64,000 bases of DNA, from positions 10,654 to 74,653 of the forward strand of contig CAZCOS010000004.1 in the NCBI GenBank assembly GCA_964500605.1, given 5' to 3'. The notes below the pieces were generated by a model. The model searched no databases, had not been told where the DNA came from, and was given only the letters and a program-made list of their open reading frames with translations. Below, in pieces: positions 43,648-54,500 of this stretch. Both the position numbers and the translations under genes were made by a program. The stretch is from an uncultured Sterolibacterium sp. GTDB taxonomy: Bacteria; Pseudomonadota; Gammaproteobacteria; Burkholderiales; Rhodocyclaceae. Position 1 is the first letter of the stretch, and each line of letters begins with the position of its first letter.

Positions 43648-44948
43648 AATGCCCCTCCCACAATGCGCTCGATCTCAATCCGCCGAAACTGCGCCTCCAC
43701 CTGCACCTTCAGCCGCTCAAGACGAGCCTGGCGAAGCTGCTGAAGTGCCTCCAGCAAAGCGGCAAATCCTTCACGCCCCGCCTCATAGCCTGCCTTGACC
43801 GAGCGGAACACCAGCTCGGCCTGCGGCAACAAACCCTCCCCGATCAAGGTTTCAGCGCGTCGCGCCGCATCGAATGCCGAAAGATTTTCTAAAAGCTCAC
43901 CCAGTTTCTGCTGGATCACCGCCTCCTCGCGCAAGCGTGCCGCCTCGAATGCGGCCCCGGCTTCCTGCTCCCTCGCCTGCCGCGAAGACTGCTGGATTGG
44001 AATCGACACCTCAACCATGACATCCCACTGTCGAACAGCATGCTGAAACTGGCTGGGCGCAAAACCCACCGTCAAGTCCGGATACCGGTTTCGTTCAGCC
44101 AGCTCACGCCCCTTCTGCGCCGACTGCGCGCGCAGGGCCGCCTGCACAACCTCCGGGTTTCCCTTACGGACACGCGCTTCCAGTGCAGAAAACTCCAGCA
44201 GCCCCACCTCTGGCCAGGGCGGAAAACCCTCGGGATCCAACAGCGAAGCCTGAACCGGACGACCCAGATAAACATTCATCCGAGCCTGCAAGCGGCGTTT
44301 TTCCGAATCCAGAGAAAGCAGCCCATTGCGCAAGACTGTCTGCTCCTGCTGTGCGCGAAGCACCGACTGCTGGCTCGCCAAGCCCTGTGCATAACGGGAA
44401 CGCAGCAACTTCTCCAGATCCGCCAACCGATTCAGACTTTCACGATCAATCGCCGCCGCCTCGTTCACAAAATAAAGCTGAACAAATGTCGTCCTGATCC
44501 GGCTCGCCACCTCATTCCAGCCCCCTTCAGCGCGCTGTTTCGCCCCTCCCGCCTCCAGCTCGGCCTGCTCACGCCGCAGCGCGCGCTTGCCAAACCAGGG
44601 CAACTCCTGCATCAAGGTATAGCGCATCGACCCCACCCGAGCCGGCAGCAGATTCGGGTTCTGCGTCCCCCCGCGCGTGATATCCATCCACTCTGCCCGA
44701 AGGCGAGGATCGGGAAGATTTCCGGCAGGCTCGACCCGCGCCTCGGCAGCCTCCGCCTCGCGCAGCAAGGCCGCGTAATCTGGATTTCCCTCACGCGCCA
44801 AGGCCAGCAACGCCTCCAGTTTCGCCCCCGGTACATCCGTAAGCACCGATTCCGCCCGCAACGGAAGGCTGGACAAGCCCACCAGCAGACCCAAGACGGC
44901 ATACAGAAACCGACGCAGCCTAGCTGCACGAAAAAACAAAGCACCCAT
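43644..44948 (-). CDS. TolC-family outer membrane factor (CusC role)
   Basis: LPDPRL...QELPWFGKRALR, YPDLTVG OEP motifs; operon with cusBA. Confidence 0.88.
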   Translation of the reverse strand: MGALFFRAARLRRFLYAVLGLLVGLSSLPLRAESVLTDVPGAKLEALLALAREGNPDYAALLREAEAAEARVEPAGNLPDPRLRAEWMDITRGGTQNPNLLPARVGSMRYTLMQELPWFGKRALRREQAELEAGGAKQRAEGGWNEVASRIRTTFVQLYFVNEAAAIDRESLNRLADLEKLLRSRYAQGLASQQSVLRAQQEQTVLRNGLLSLDSEKRRLQARMNVYLGRPVQASLLDPEGFPPWPEVGLLEFSALEARVRKGNPEVVQAALRAQSAQKGRELAERNRYPDLTVGFAPSQFQHAVRQWDVMVEVSIPIQQSSRQAREQEAGAAFEAARLREEAVIQQKLGELLENLSAFDAARRAETLIGEGLLPQAELVFRSVKAGYEAGREGFAALLEALQQLRQARLERLKVQVEAQFRRIEIERIVGGAL

Positions 44949-45045
44949 GCTTTTCTCGCCCCACATTCCTCGCCTCTTCGCCTCTTCGCCTCAACACTAC
45001 TGTTCGATTCTCCCAAACTGAAGCTGACCCTTTCCTGACAGCACG

Positions 45046-45061
45046 ATTACATTTCTGTAAT
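45046..45061. promoter_or_regulatory. Cop/CusR box
   Basis: Palindrome ATTACA-TTTC-TGTAAT between divergent cusCBA and cusRS; resembles known CopR/PcoR boxes. Confidence 0.75.
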
Positions 45062-45125
45062 GAAATGGCCTGCCTGGCTGCTTACCGGGCAAAATCCGGG
45101 CTCACGCAGGCATCTGGAGCGCGTC

Positions 45126-45815
45126 ATGAAAATTCTCGTCGTCGAAGATGAACCCAAAACCGGGGACTATCTCAAACAAGGGCTGACCGAAGCCGGCTTC
45201 ACCGTCGATCTGGCCCGGGAGGGGCTCGACGGACTTCACCTCGCCCTGAACGACGCCTATGAACTGGCCGTGCTGGATGTCATGCTCCCCGGGCTCGACG
45301 GCTGGCAAATCCTGCAAGCCTTGCGCAAGGCGGGCAAGACCTTCCCTGTGCTTTTCCTCACCGCACGCGATTCCATCGAAGACCGGGTCAAGGGTCTGGA
45401 ACTTGGTGCGGATGACTACCTCGTCAAACCCTTCGCCTTCGCCGAACTGCTCGCCCGCATCCGCACCCTCCTGCGACGAGGAGCCCAGTCTCGCGACACA
45501 CGCAACGACACACGACTTTGCATTGCCGATCTCGAACTCGACTTGCAACGCCGCCGCGTCACCCGCTGCAAACAAAAGATCGAGCTAACCAACAAAGAAT
45601 TTGCCCTGCTGGAACTCCTCATGCGGCGGCGCGGCGAAGTCCTCCCCCGCGCCCTCATCGCCTCCCTGGTCTGGGACATGAACTTCGACAGCGACACCAA
45701 TGTCATCGACGTCGCCATCCGTCGCCTTCGCGCCAAGATCGACGACGACTACACCCCTAAGCTCATCCGGACCATACGCGGCATGGGCTATGTAATCGAC
45801 GGGGAAGACGCGTGA
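45126..45815 (+). CDS. cusR: Heavy-metal response regulator CusR/CopR
   Basis: [40 protein letters not shown]. Confidence 0.93.
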   Translation: MKILVVEDEPKTGDYLKQGLTEAGFTVDLAREGLDGLHLALNDAYELAVLDVMLPGLDGWQILQALRKAGKTFPVLFLTARDSIEDRVKGLELGADDYLVKPFAFAELLARIRTLLRRGAQSRDTRNDTRLCIADLELDLQRRRVTRCKQKIELTNKEFALLELLMRRRGEVLPRALIASLVWDMNFDSDTNVIDVAIRRLRAKIDDDYTPKLIRTIRGMGYVIDGEDA

Positions 45816-47311
45816 AGCAACCGAGAAACTCCCGACCCGGCAGCCAGTCCGTCACCCTCCGCCTGACGCTTCTCTTCGCCTTTGTCTCAATCGCCGTCCT
45901 CCTCACCCTCGGGCTGACCATCGGAGCCCTGGTCGAAAGTCATTTCGCCGAAATGGATGAAGACCTGCTCAAAGGCAAGATCGAACTCATCGAACACAGC
46001 CTCAGCCCCAACCCCAATACCGCAAACCCCGAAGAACTGCGCCGAAAGCTCGATACCGCCTTTATGGGCCACCACGGACTCGCCTTTGCCATCTGGCGCA
46101 GCGACGGCAGCCTTCTCTACAGTAGCCCCGAAGAAAACCTGCCCGAACGACTGAAACAGCCCGGTAGCCTACCCCTGCAAACCCTTCAGAAATGGGCCGA
46201 TTCCCAAGGACACCTCTACCGTGGCCTGGCGCGAAAGCTCTCCGGCAACACGCCACAAACACAAGGCTTGATTGCCACCGTCTCCACTGAGCTGGAAGTC
46301 CACGAACACTTCATGCGCTCCTTCAACGCAACGCTCTGGATCGCCGTGACCATCGCCGCCCTCATCAGCGGCCTGCTCGGCTGGTTTGCCGCACGGCGTG
46401 GCCTCGCCCCACTACGCGACATCGCCCGGGATGCCGCAGAAATCACCGCCGACCGCCTCAACAAGCGGCTCCCTGTCGAATCCATCCCAACCGAGCTGGC
46501 CGAAGTCGCCAGAACGCTCAACGACATGCTCGCCCGGCTCGAAACATCTTTCCGCCGTCTTTCAGACTTTTCCGCCAATCTGGCCCACGAATTGCGCACC
46601 CCACTAAGCAATCTGCTCACCCAGACACAAGTCACCCTCACCCGCCCCCGCACCACTGACGCATACCGGGACATCCTCGCCTCCAATGCCGAAGAGCTCG
46701 AACACCTCTCCCGCATCGTCACCGACATGCTGTTCCTGGCCCAGGCCGACAACGACCTCGTCATCCCCAACCTCACCCAAGTCGACCTGCGTGCCGAAGC
46801 GGAAAGCCTCACCGAGTTCTACGGCCCGCTAGCCGAAGAAAATGGCGTCACACTCACCGTCACCGGCCAGGCCACCGTCCCAGGCGACCGTCTCATGCTC
46901 AAACGCGCCCTCGCCAACCTCCTCTCCAACGCCCTTCGTCATACTCCGCAAGGCGGGCAGATCGAAATCCATCTCCAACAAACCGGCCCGGACCCGAGCC
47001 TTCCGGAAACGCCGAATTCCCCACCAAGCCCTGCCCCACCCAGAGCCCCAGGCCACGCCACAATCCGCCTCAGCAACACCGGCTCGCCCATTCCTCCCGA
47101 ACAACTCCCTCACCTCTTCGACCGCTTCTACCGGGGCGAAGCCTCCAGAAGCAAACAAACCGGAATGCAGACCGAAGGCTCGGGACTCGGCCTGGCCATC
47201 ACCCGCTCCATCCTCCGCGCCCACAAAGGAGAAGCCCGCGTCCGAACGGAAGCCGGGCGAACGGTTTTCGAGCTCGAAATACCAAAAACACGAGCAGAGC
47301 CTTCAACCTAG
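45812..47311 (+). CDS. cusS: Heavy-metal sensor histidine kinase CusS/CopS
   Basis: Two TMs, periplasmic HF...[32 protein letters not shown]. Confidence 0.92.
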   Translation: MKQPRNSRPGSQSVTLRLTLLFAFVSIAVLLTLGLTIGALVESHFAEMDEDLLKGKIELIEHSLSPNPNTANPEELRRKLDTAFMGHHGLAFAIWRSDGSLLYSSPEENLPERLKQPGSLPLQTLQKWADSQGHLYRGLARKLSGNTPQTQGLIATVSTELEVHEHFMRSFNATLWIAVTIAALISGLLGWFAARRGLAPLRDIARDAAEITADRLNKRLPVESIPTELAEVARTLNDMLARLETSFRRLSDFSANLAHELRTPLSNLLTQTQVTLTRPRTTDAYRDILASNAEELEHLSRIVTDMLFLAQADNDLVIPNLTQVDLRAEAESLTEFYGPLAEENGVTLTVTGQATVPGDRLMLKRALANLLSNALRHTPQGGQIEIHLQQTGPDPSLPETPNSPPSPAPPRAPGHATIRLSNTGSPIPPEQLPHLFDRFYRGEASRSKQTGMQTEGSGLGLAITRSILRAHKGEARVRTEAGRTVFELEIPKTRAEPST

Positions 47312-47584
47312 ACTGCAATTTTCATGGTTACCCCCAAAACAGATCAGACAAAAACCCCGTGAATTAATTGACAAAAACAAACAATCGAACAATTTCAAAA
47401 TAAGCATCAACGATATATAATTCGAAATAAAACCTATTATGATTCAATAGATTCAAGAAAATTCAGGCAACATCTTTTAGATAGCACCTATCCGTAAAGT
47501 CATAGCGACCCCTGAACCCAACCGTCTCCAGATTCCGGCCTGTCAGACAACGTTCCGCCCCATTCCATCCGAAAGGCTGCTGCC

Positions 47585-48570
47585 ATGAAAAAGCACACCT
47601 CCTCCCCCTTCCGTTCAGCCTCTCGTGCACTCGCGCTTGAGCCGCGCTTGCTGTTCGACGGAGCAGGTGCCGTTGCCATTGCCGACCACGCTTTCGACCA
47701 CGTCGAATCGGGCAAGGCGTACATGGCAGAAGCCCAACGATCCGAAGCCCACCCGACGACTGAAAGTCGCCCGGGAGAATCACTGGAAAAATCCGCCCAC
47801 GCCAGCGCACTCTACGTCATAGACGCCCGTGTCACCGACCTTCAAAGCATCCTCGCGTCCCTGCCCACCGATGCCACTGTACGCATCATCGGCGCAGAAG
47901 AAGCCGGTCTGAACGTCGTCGGCGCGGAACTCGCGAAAGGTGAGCGTTTCGACGCCGTGCACATCATCAGCCACGGCACCCCAGGCAGCCTCGCACTCGG
48001 CCGTGACATGCTCAATCACGACACGCTCCCCGGCCACGCCACCACGCTCCAGTCCTGGTCGACCCACCTCACGGATGAAGCCGATCTGCTGCTCTACGGT
48101 TGCGACATCGCCCAGAGCGAAGCAGGCGAACGTTTCATCAATGCCATCGCCCAGCTCACGGGGGCCGACGTGACAGCTTCCATCAACCCCACGGGTGCGG
48201 CCCTCAAAGGTGGTGACTGGGTGCTGGAAAAGACCACAGGCCGGATTGAAGCTGGGTTGCTCTCCGTAACGGGATATGCTGAATTGCTGGCCGCCACCGC
48301 GATCAACGACTCCAACGAAGCCACGCCCCGCATCACGCCGGAAGATACACCGCTGAGCATTGCCGGTATCAGCATCACCGATGCCGACAATCCAGCCAGC
48401 ATGACCGTGCGCGTACAAACCACAGGCGGTACCAGTACCGTAACCCTGAGCGGTGCAAGCATCAGCAGTGGCAGCAACGGTTCTAACGACTTCACCCTTT
48501 CCGGCTCCCTGACTGACATCAACGCTACCCTGGCCAGTCTCAGCTTTACTAACACACCGGACCAGAACAG
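47585..48570 (+). CDS. Giant adhesin N-terminal part (LEPR-XLL motif plus DUF4347), ends at a frameshift
   Basis: ALEPRLLFDG; HIISHG, DLLLYGCDIA, LTGADVTAS...GGDWVLE (DUF4347); this frame formally runs on to 48658. Confidence 0.85.
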
Positions 48571-51500
48571 ACTTCTGGTTACAGTGCAAAGATCGACCTT
48601 ACCGCCACGGATGTCAGCAATGGCGGAACAGCGGCCAAAGCCATCAATCTCTCCGTGACTGCCACCAACGATGCACCGAGCCTGAGCACCCAGGCGGCAC
48701 TGTCCGTCAATGAAGGCGGGTTCGCCATTTTCTCGCGTGCGCAACTGGCCAGCAGCGACGGTGCGCTCGATGTCGACATTGCCACTGGCCAACAAGTCAT
48801 CGGTCAGCAGATGGTCATCATCACCAGCCTGCCTTCGAAAGGGACACTCCGCTACATGGACGGGATCGTCGCTACCGGACAGGTTGTCCCCGTCACTAGC
48901 TTGGGCAGCCTCAAATACACTCATAACGGTACGGACCTGACCGCTGTCGACACCGACACTTTCAATATCACCGTCAGCGATGGCGGCGGTGGGCAAACGA
49001 CCGGAGCCATCAGCATTTCCATCAACCCGTCAAACGTCGCGCCCACCATCACTGGCAACCCCTCGCTGATCGAAGGCCAGGTGAAAGCCGTTGCCCCGAC
49101 CATTCATTTCGGGGATACCTTTGACACGCTTTCCAACGCCACAATCAAGATCACGGCACTGGATAACGGCGGGCAGGGCACATTATTCTTCGACACCAAT
49201 AACGATGGCAATGTCGATAGCGGAGAAGCCATCACGGCTGGCAGAACATTCACATCCGCCGAAGCTGCCAACCTGATGACCCACCTCAAATACAAGCAGG
49301 ACGGAACGGAGCCCAATTTACCGTCTGGCGTCAGCAAGCCCACCTATACCATCGAAGTCACGGATGCCGGCGGCGGGGTGGGTAGTGGGGCTGCACTCAC
49401 AGCGACGAAAACCATCACCATCGACGTCCTGCCCAACAATGACGATCCGACTCTGACAAACATCCATGCCACTTCGGGCACCGCCTTGTCAGTCAATGAA
49501 AGAGATAGCGGCAGCCCGGTTGTTTTGGCCAACACCATGCTGAAGATCACTGACCCGGATCGCGATCCCTCAGATACCAGCAAGACTACCCCTGCTCATC
49601 AACTGGTCTACACCATCCAGACCCGCCCAACAGAAGGTGAAATTCAACTCTATGTGGGTGGTACTGCGGGGTATGGTGGAGACGGCTGGATCACCCTGGG
49701 CGATGGAGGGCGTTTCACCCAGAAGCAGATTGATGATAGTCATGTCCGTTATTACCAGACCACCAATGTCACAGCCAACACGATGGACGGCTTTACCTTC
49801 ACCGTGCGTGATTCGGCATTCGGCTACGATGTCTGGACCGACCCGTCCAATCCCACGAGTGGCAGGGAAGGTGGTTTGAGGGATACGCCCACCGGTTCGA
49901 TCGCAACCCAGCATTTTTACATCAATGTCATTGCCGATCCCGATACGACTCACGACGCTTACGAAGGTGGACCGCGCCCGGCCACGCCAGGCTATGGTGG
50001 GAGCAACATGAGCTATACCTTCGCGCCAGGCACCATGACCAATGGCAATAGCGCAACGACCTGGAATGAAGCCAACGTTGGCGCAAGCGGGGGCTATGTC
50101 ATCACGGACAGCATGCTGAAGTACGTCATCACGCGCACCGACAGCAAGGGCACACCTGACACCTCAGATGACATCTCCATCACGGTTCCAGCAAATGAAA
50201 CCGTCTATACCCTGACCTCCCAACCGACCAATGGCATCGTGCAACGCAATGTCAGCGGCACATGGATTGACGTTCCCACCAACGGCCAGTTTACTCAGGA
50301 CGATATCGACAACAACCGCATCCGTTTTGTCCATGACGGCAGCGAAAACCATACCGCTACCTTTGGCTACAAAGTCAGCGACGGCACGCCGAATAATTAC
50401 GCTAACAGCTTTGCCATCAACGTCACCCCCAACAACGACCGTCCTACTGCGACAGGCAGTGCCTCGGCGCAGGTGACCGAAGGCAACCATACCGTTCGTC
50501 TGGGCACAACCCAGCTGGGGATGAACGATATCGATCTGAGCCAGGACGTATCCAAACGCGTCGGTGAGGGAGCCCAGGATTTCCTCTGGTTCCAGGTTTC
50601 GGCACAACCCGTAGATGGCAGTAGCACAACCCGGGGCTCGCTCGAACGCTGGAATGGTTCGGCCTGGGTTGCCGTCACGCCCGGAGAATGGCTGCCCAGC
50701 ACCTTGCTGACGACCACGGCTGATGGCAACACTTCTGGACTGCGTTATGCGCATGACGGCAGCGAACCCCTGGCTTACACCGGCGGCCCCAAAGTCAGCT
50801 TCAGCTTTACCGTGCGCGACGATCTGGCCGACCCGAGCAACCCCTTTGCCACCAATTCGAGCTCACCCGCACTCAACGACGGCAGCGACCAATCCAATCA
50901 GAGCACGGCAGCCACGGTCACCATCAACATCACCCCGGTGAATGATGCGCCGCAAGTAGCCGACAAGCCCGGAGAGGCCGACCCGACCATTGCCGCAACC
51001 CTCTCTGGTGGAGGCGCACTGACCGGCGTCAATCAGATATTGACTGATGTTGCTGAAGGAGGAACCGCCACCATCACCAATGCCTATCTCACTGCCATCG
51101 ACCGCGACAACACCACCGTCCAGCGGCAGTTCCGTATTACCAGCGCCCCAACCCTTGGTGTCCTGCAACTCGATGGCAAAACGCTGGGCGCGGGCTCCAC
51201 CTTCACCCAGGCCGATATTGATGCGAACAAATTGACTTACAAGCACAACGGCGATGAGGTCGGTGCAGCCACCACCGACGCCATCGGCACTTATCACGAC
51301 AAATTCCATTTCGTGGTCAATGATGGCGTTCTGGAAGATAGCGGAGACCCCACCAGCAAAAACGCCTTCCTCATCACGCTCAAGCCGATGAATGATCTGG
51401 CCACGGTCACCGTACCGGGTGGCACGTTGGACGTCTTTGCCTCCGGCGGTGGAACGGTGAACATCACGGGTGTTTCCGTCGACGACCCTGACCTGGCCGT

Positions 51501-54500
51501 TATCATCAGCGGTTCAGAAGAAGATTTCATCCGGGTTGAAGTTGAGGTGCTGGATAACTCCAATGCAGCCGTTGCTGGTGCACAGCTGAGTTACACGGGT
51601 GCTGATCCATCAAGTGGAACCCGTGTGTATATCAACGGCAAAGGCAGCAACAAGCTCATCATTCAGGGCAAAAAAACCGAAGTCAATACCGCCTTATCTA
51701 ATCTGAATGTGGCCTTTACCACCGATGAAGACGTCAGCACCCACAAAATCCGGGTTACGGTGGACGATCAGCTCTACAAAAATGATGGAAGTCGTGACGG
51801 CACAGGAGCTAATGGTGGCATCACAGCCAGCAACAATACGGACGGCAGCACGATCGACAACGCCCATAACCGTGCCCATAAAGACATCGCCCTGAGGGTC
51901 TCAAACACCAACGACACCCCGACCATCACCAACGGAACGACTTACACCGTCAATGAAGATGCCTCTGTCACCTTGAGTGGCTTCACGCTCAGCGATGCGG
52001 ATAGTTTTGACAAGAACGTCACCGTCAAGGTGGAACTGTTCAGCAACGCTGGTCCCACCACGCTTGCCAATGCCAGCACCGAGGGCAAACTCACCTATTC
52101 CGGCCTGAGCAACGTGACGGCCGGAGGCAACAATACCAACACCGTAACGCTCACCGGCAGCCTGGCCAATGTGCAGGCAGCACTCAACCAGATCAAGTTT
52201 GCCGGGGCGGTGGACTACAACGGAACTGGTACGGGCAACGGCACGCTGTACCTCAAGACCACCTTCACTGATTTCGGTCATGCCGATGTATTGGCTGGCA
52301 ACGTCGTCACGGTCGATAACGACATCACCATCGTGCCGGTCAATGATGCCCCTGTACTGACGGTACCAGGCGACCAGACGATGAGTTCTGGTACATACAT
52401 CGATATCACCAGTGGCTTTAATGTCCAGGACACCAAGGATACGAATCAGGGGGCGACGGATTATGTGGAAGTAACACTGGCCGCAACGCTGGGTGGTTCG
52501 GGCTATGGAACACTCTCGATCCAGACCCCCGGCGATGCAACCGTCACGGGTGAAGGGACAGCCACCGTCACCGTGAAAGGGACAAGTGCTCAAGTTAAGG
52601 ATGCCTTGAACAGCCTTCGTTATACCCCGACCTCCGCCAATGAAGACAAGGTTATCACCATTACTGCAACCGCTAACGACTGCAATCCGAGTGATAGCAA
52701 CCAAGGCAATGGCAAAGAAGGCACGGGAGTCGATGGCAACAATACAGATATCGAAACCTTCACCATCACCATTTCCGGCACCAACGATGCGCCGGTGGTG
52801 AGTGTGCCCGGGGCACAGTCGGTGGCCGAAGACAGCAGTGCTAACGCCATCACCGGCATTTCTTATGCCGATACGGATGATTTTGGCGGCATTCAAAAAG
52901 TAACGGTCAGCGTCTCTCACGGCAAGCTGGATTTCACCACCAAAACCGGCCTGAGCGTGACCGCCGGGGCGTATGCCAGTGGCACGGTCACCATCGAAGG
53001 CACCAAAGCCAATCTCAACGCGGCTCTGGCGACGCTCAAATACACGCCCAATGGCGATTACCACGGCAACGATACCCTGACCGTCACAGCCGATGACAAG
53101 GGGCTGGTTGGTTCGGGTGGGGTCGAGACGGATCAAAAAACCGTTGCCATCACCGTCACACCCGTCAATGACCGACCCGTTGCCACGACGGATGTCACCC
53201 TGGGCACGATAACCGAAGACACGACCAACCCGGCAGGTACAGCCTTCAATACGCTGGCCTTTGCTTATAGCGATGCCACGGACGATCAAACAAGTCACAG
53301 CGGCAACGATACCAAGACTGCGAATACCTATGTCGCCATCGTCGGCAACGCCGCAACAGCAGCACAGGGGACCTGGCAAGTTTCAGATGGATCCGGTGGC
53401 TGGATCAACATCCCAACTTCCGGCTTGAGCACGACCAACGCCCTTGTATTTGAAGTCAACCGCGAGGTGCGCTTTGTCCCGGCTACTGATTTCAACGGTA
53501 CGCCCGGCAAGCTGACCGTGCGTTTGGCGGATGGCTCCAAAACCGATATTCCGACCAGCACAGGTGCTGCTGATACCAAAAACCTGACCCAAGTCGCCAA
53601 TGGCACGCTTGGTAATCAAACCGGTTCCTGGAACGATGCCAACCGCACCATCGGTATCAGCGTCACCGCCATCAACGATGCGCCAACCAAGACCGGCACC
53701 GCCCCGACCGTCACTGTGGCCGAAGACGCCACCAACCCGGCAGGACAAACCGTTTCAACCCTGTTCTCCGGGAATTTCTTGGATGCCAAGGACACGGTTA
53801 CAGGTGGATCATCGGCCAACGCCTTTGCCGGTGTCGCCATGACCGGCATGGCGACGGACAAGGGTGTTTGGGAATACAACAGCGGGAGTGGCTGGACCGC
53901 CGTCCCGTCCGATGTGGCCGATAACAAGGCGTTCATCCTGGCTCCCACCGACCAGTTGCGCTTCCGGCCGACCACGGCCGATTACAACGGCACGCCAAGT
54001 GACAGCCTCACCGTACGCCTGATCGACAACTCCTCTGGCGCGGTAACTTCCGGCAGCCGCCCGGACCTTTCCGGCAGCAATTCCGGCGATACGACTCAGT
54101 ACAGCGACAGCAGCAATGCCGTGGTGCTTGGTGCGCTTGTAACGCCACAAAACGATGCGCCCGCTTTTGACCACACAGCGTCGAACCCCACGGCCACCGA
54201 AGATGGCAGCGTGGGCGGCACCACCAACTGGGTCAAGCTCCTAGGCACAGGTACGGTCAGCGATATCGACCTGACCACGACCAGCACGCTGAACAACACC
54301 ACCTTTGGCCAGGGTTCGGTCACCGTCGCCCTCACCAGCGGCATCACCGGCGATACCTTGCGCCTGAGCGGCCTTTCTGCCGGTAGCAACGGCATTACCA
54401 GCATTACCGGCGGCAGCAACGGTGCCAGCCTGGTGGTCAATTTCACCAATGCCGCCACACTGGCAGAGGTCAAAACCGTACTGGAGTCCATCGAATACCA

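Noticed and set aside
47461-47584. Possible c-di-GMP-I riboswitch before the adhesin (GGCAAC...CGTAAAG)
   Set aside because: The GGCAAA/GAAA tetraloop/GACGCAAAG core and the P2 stem could not be built. An Infernal search would settle it.
48560-48580. Programmed frameshift or phase-variable tract at the adhesin break
   Set aside because: No homopolymer, short tandem repeat or X XXY YYZ heptamer is present.
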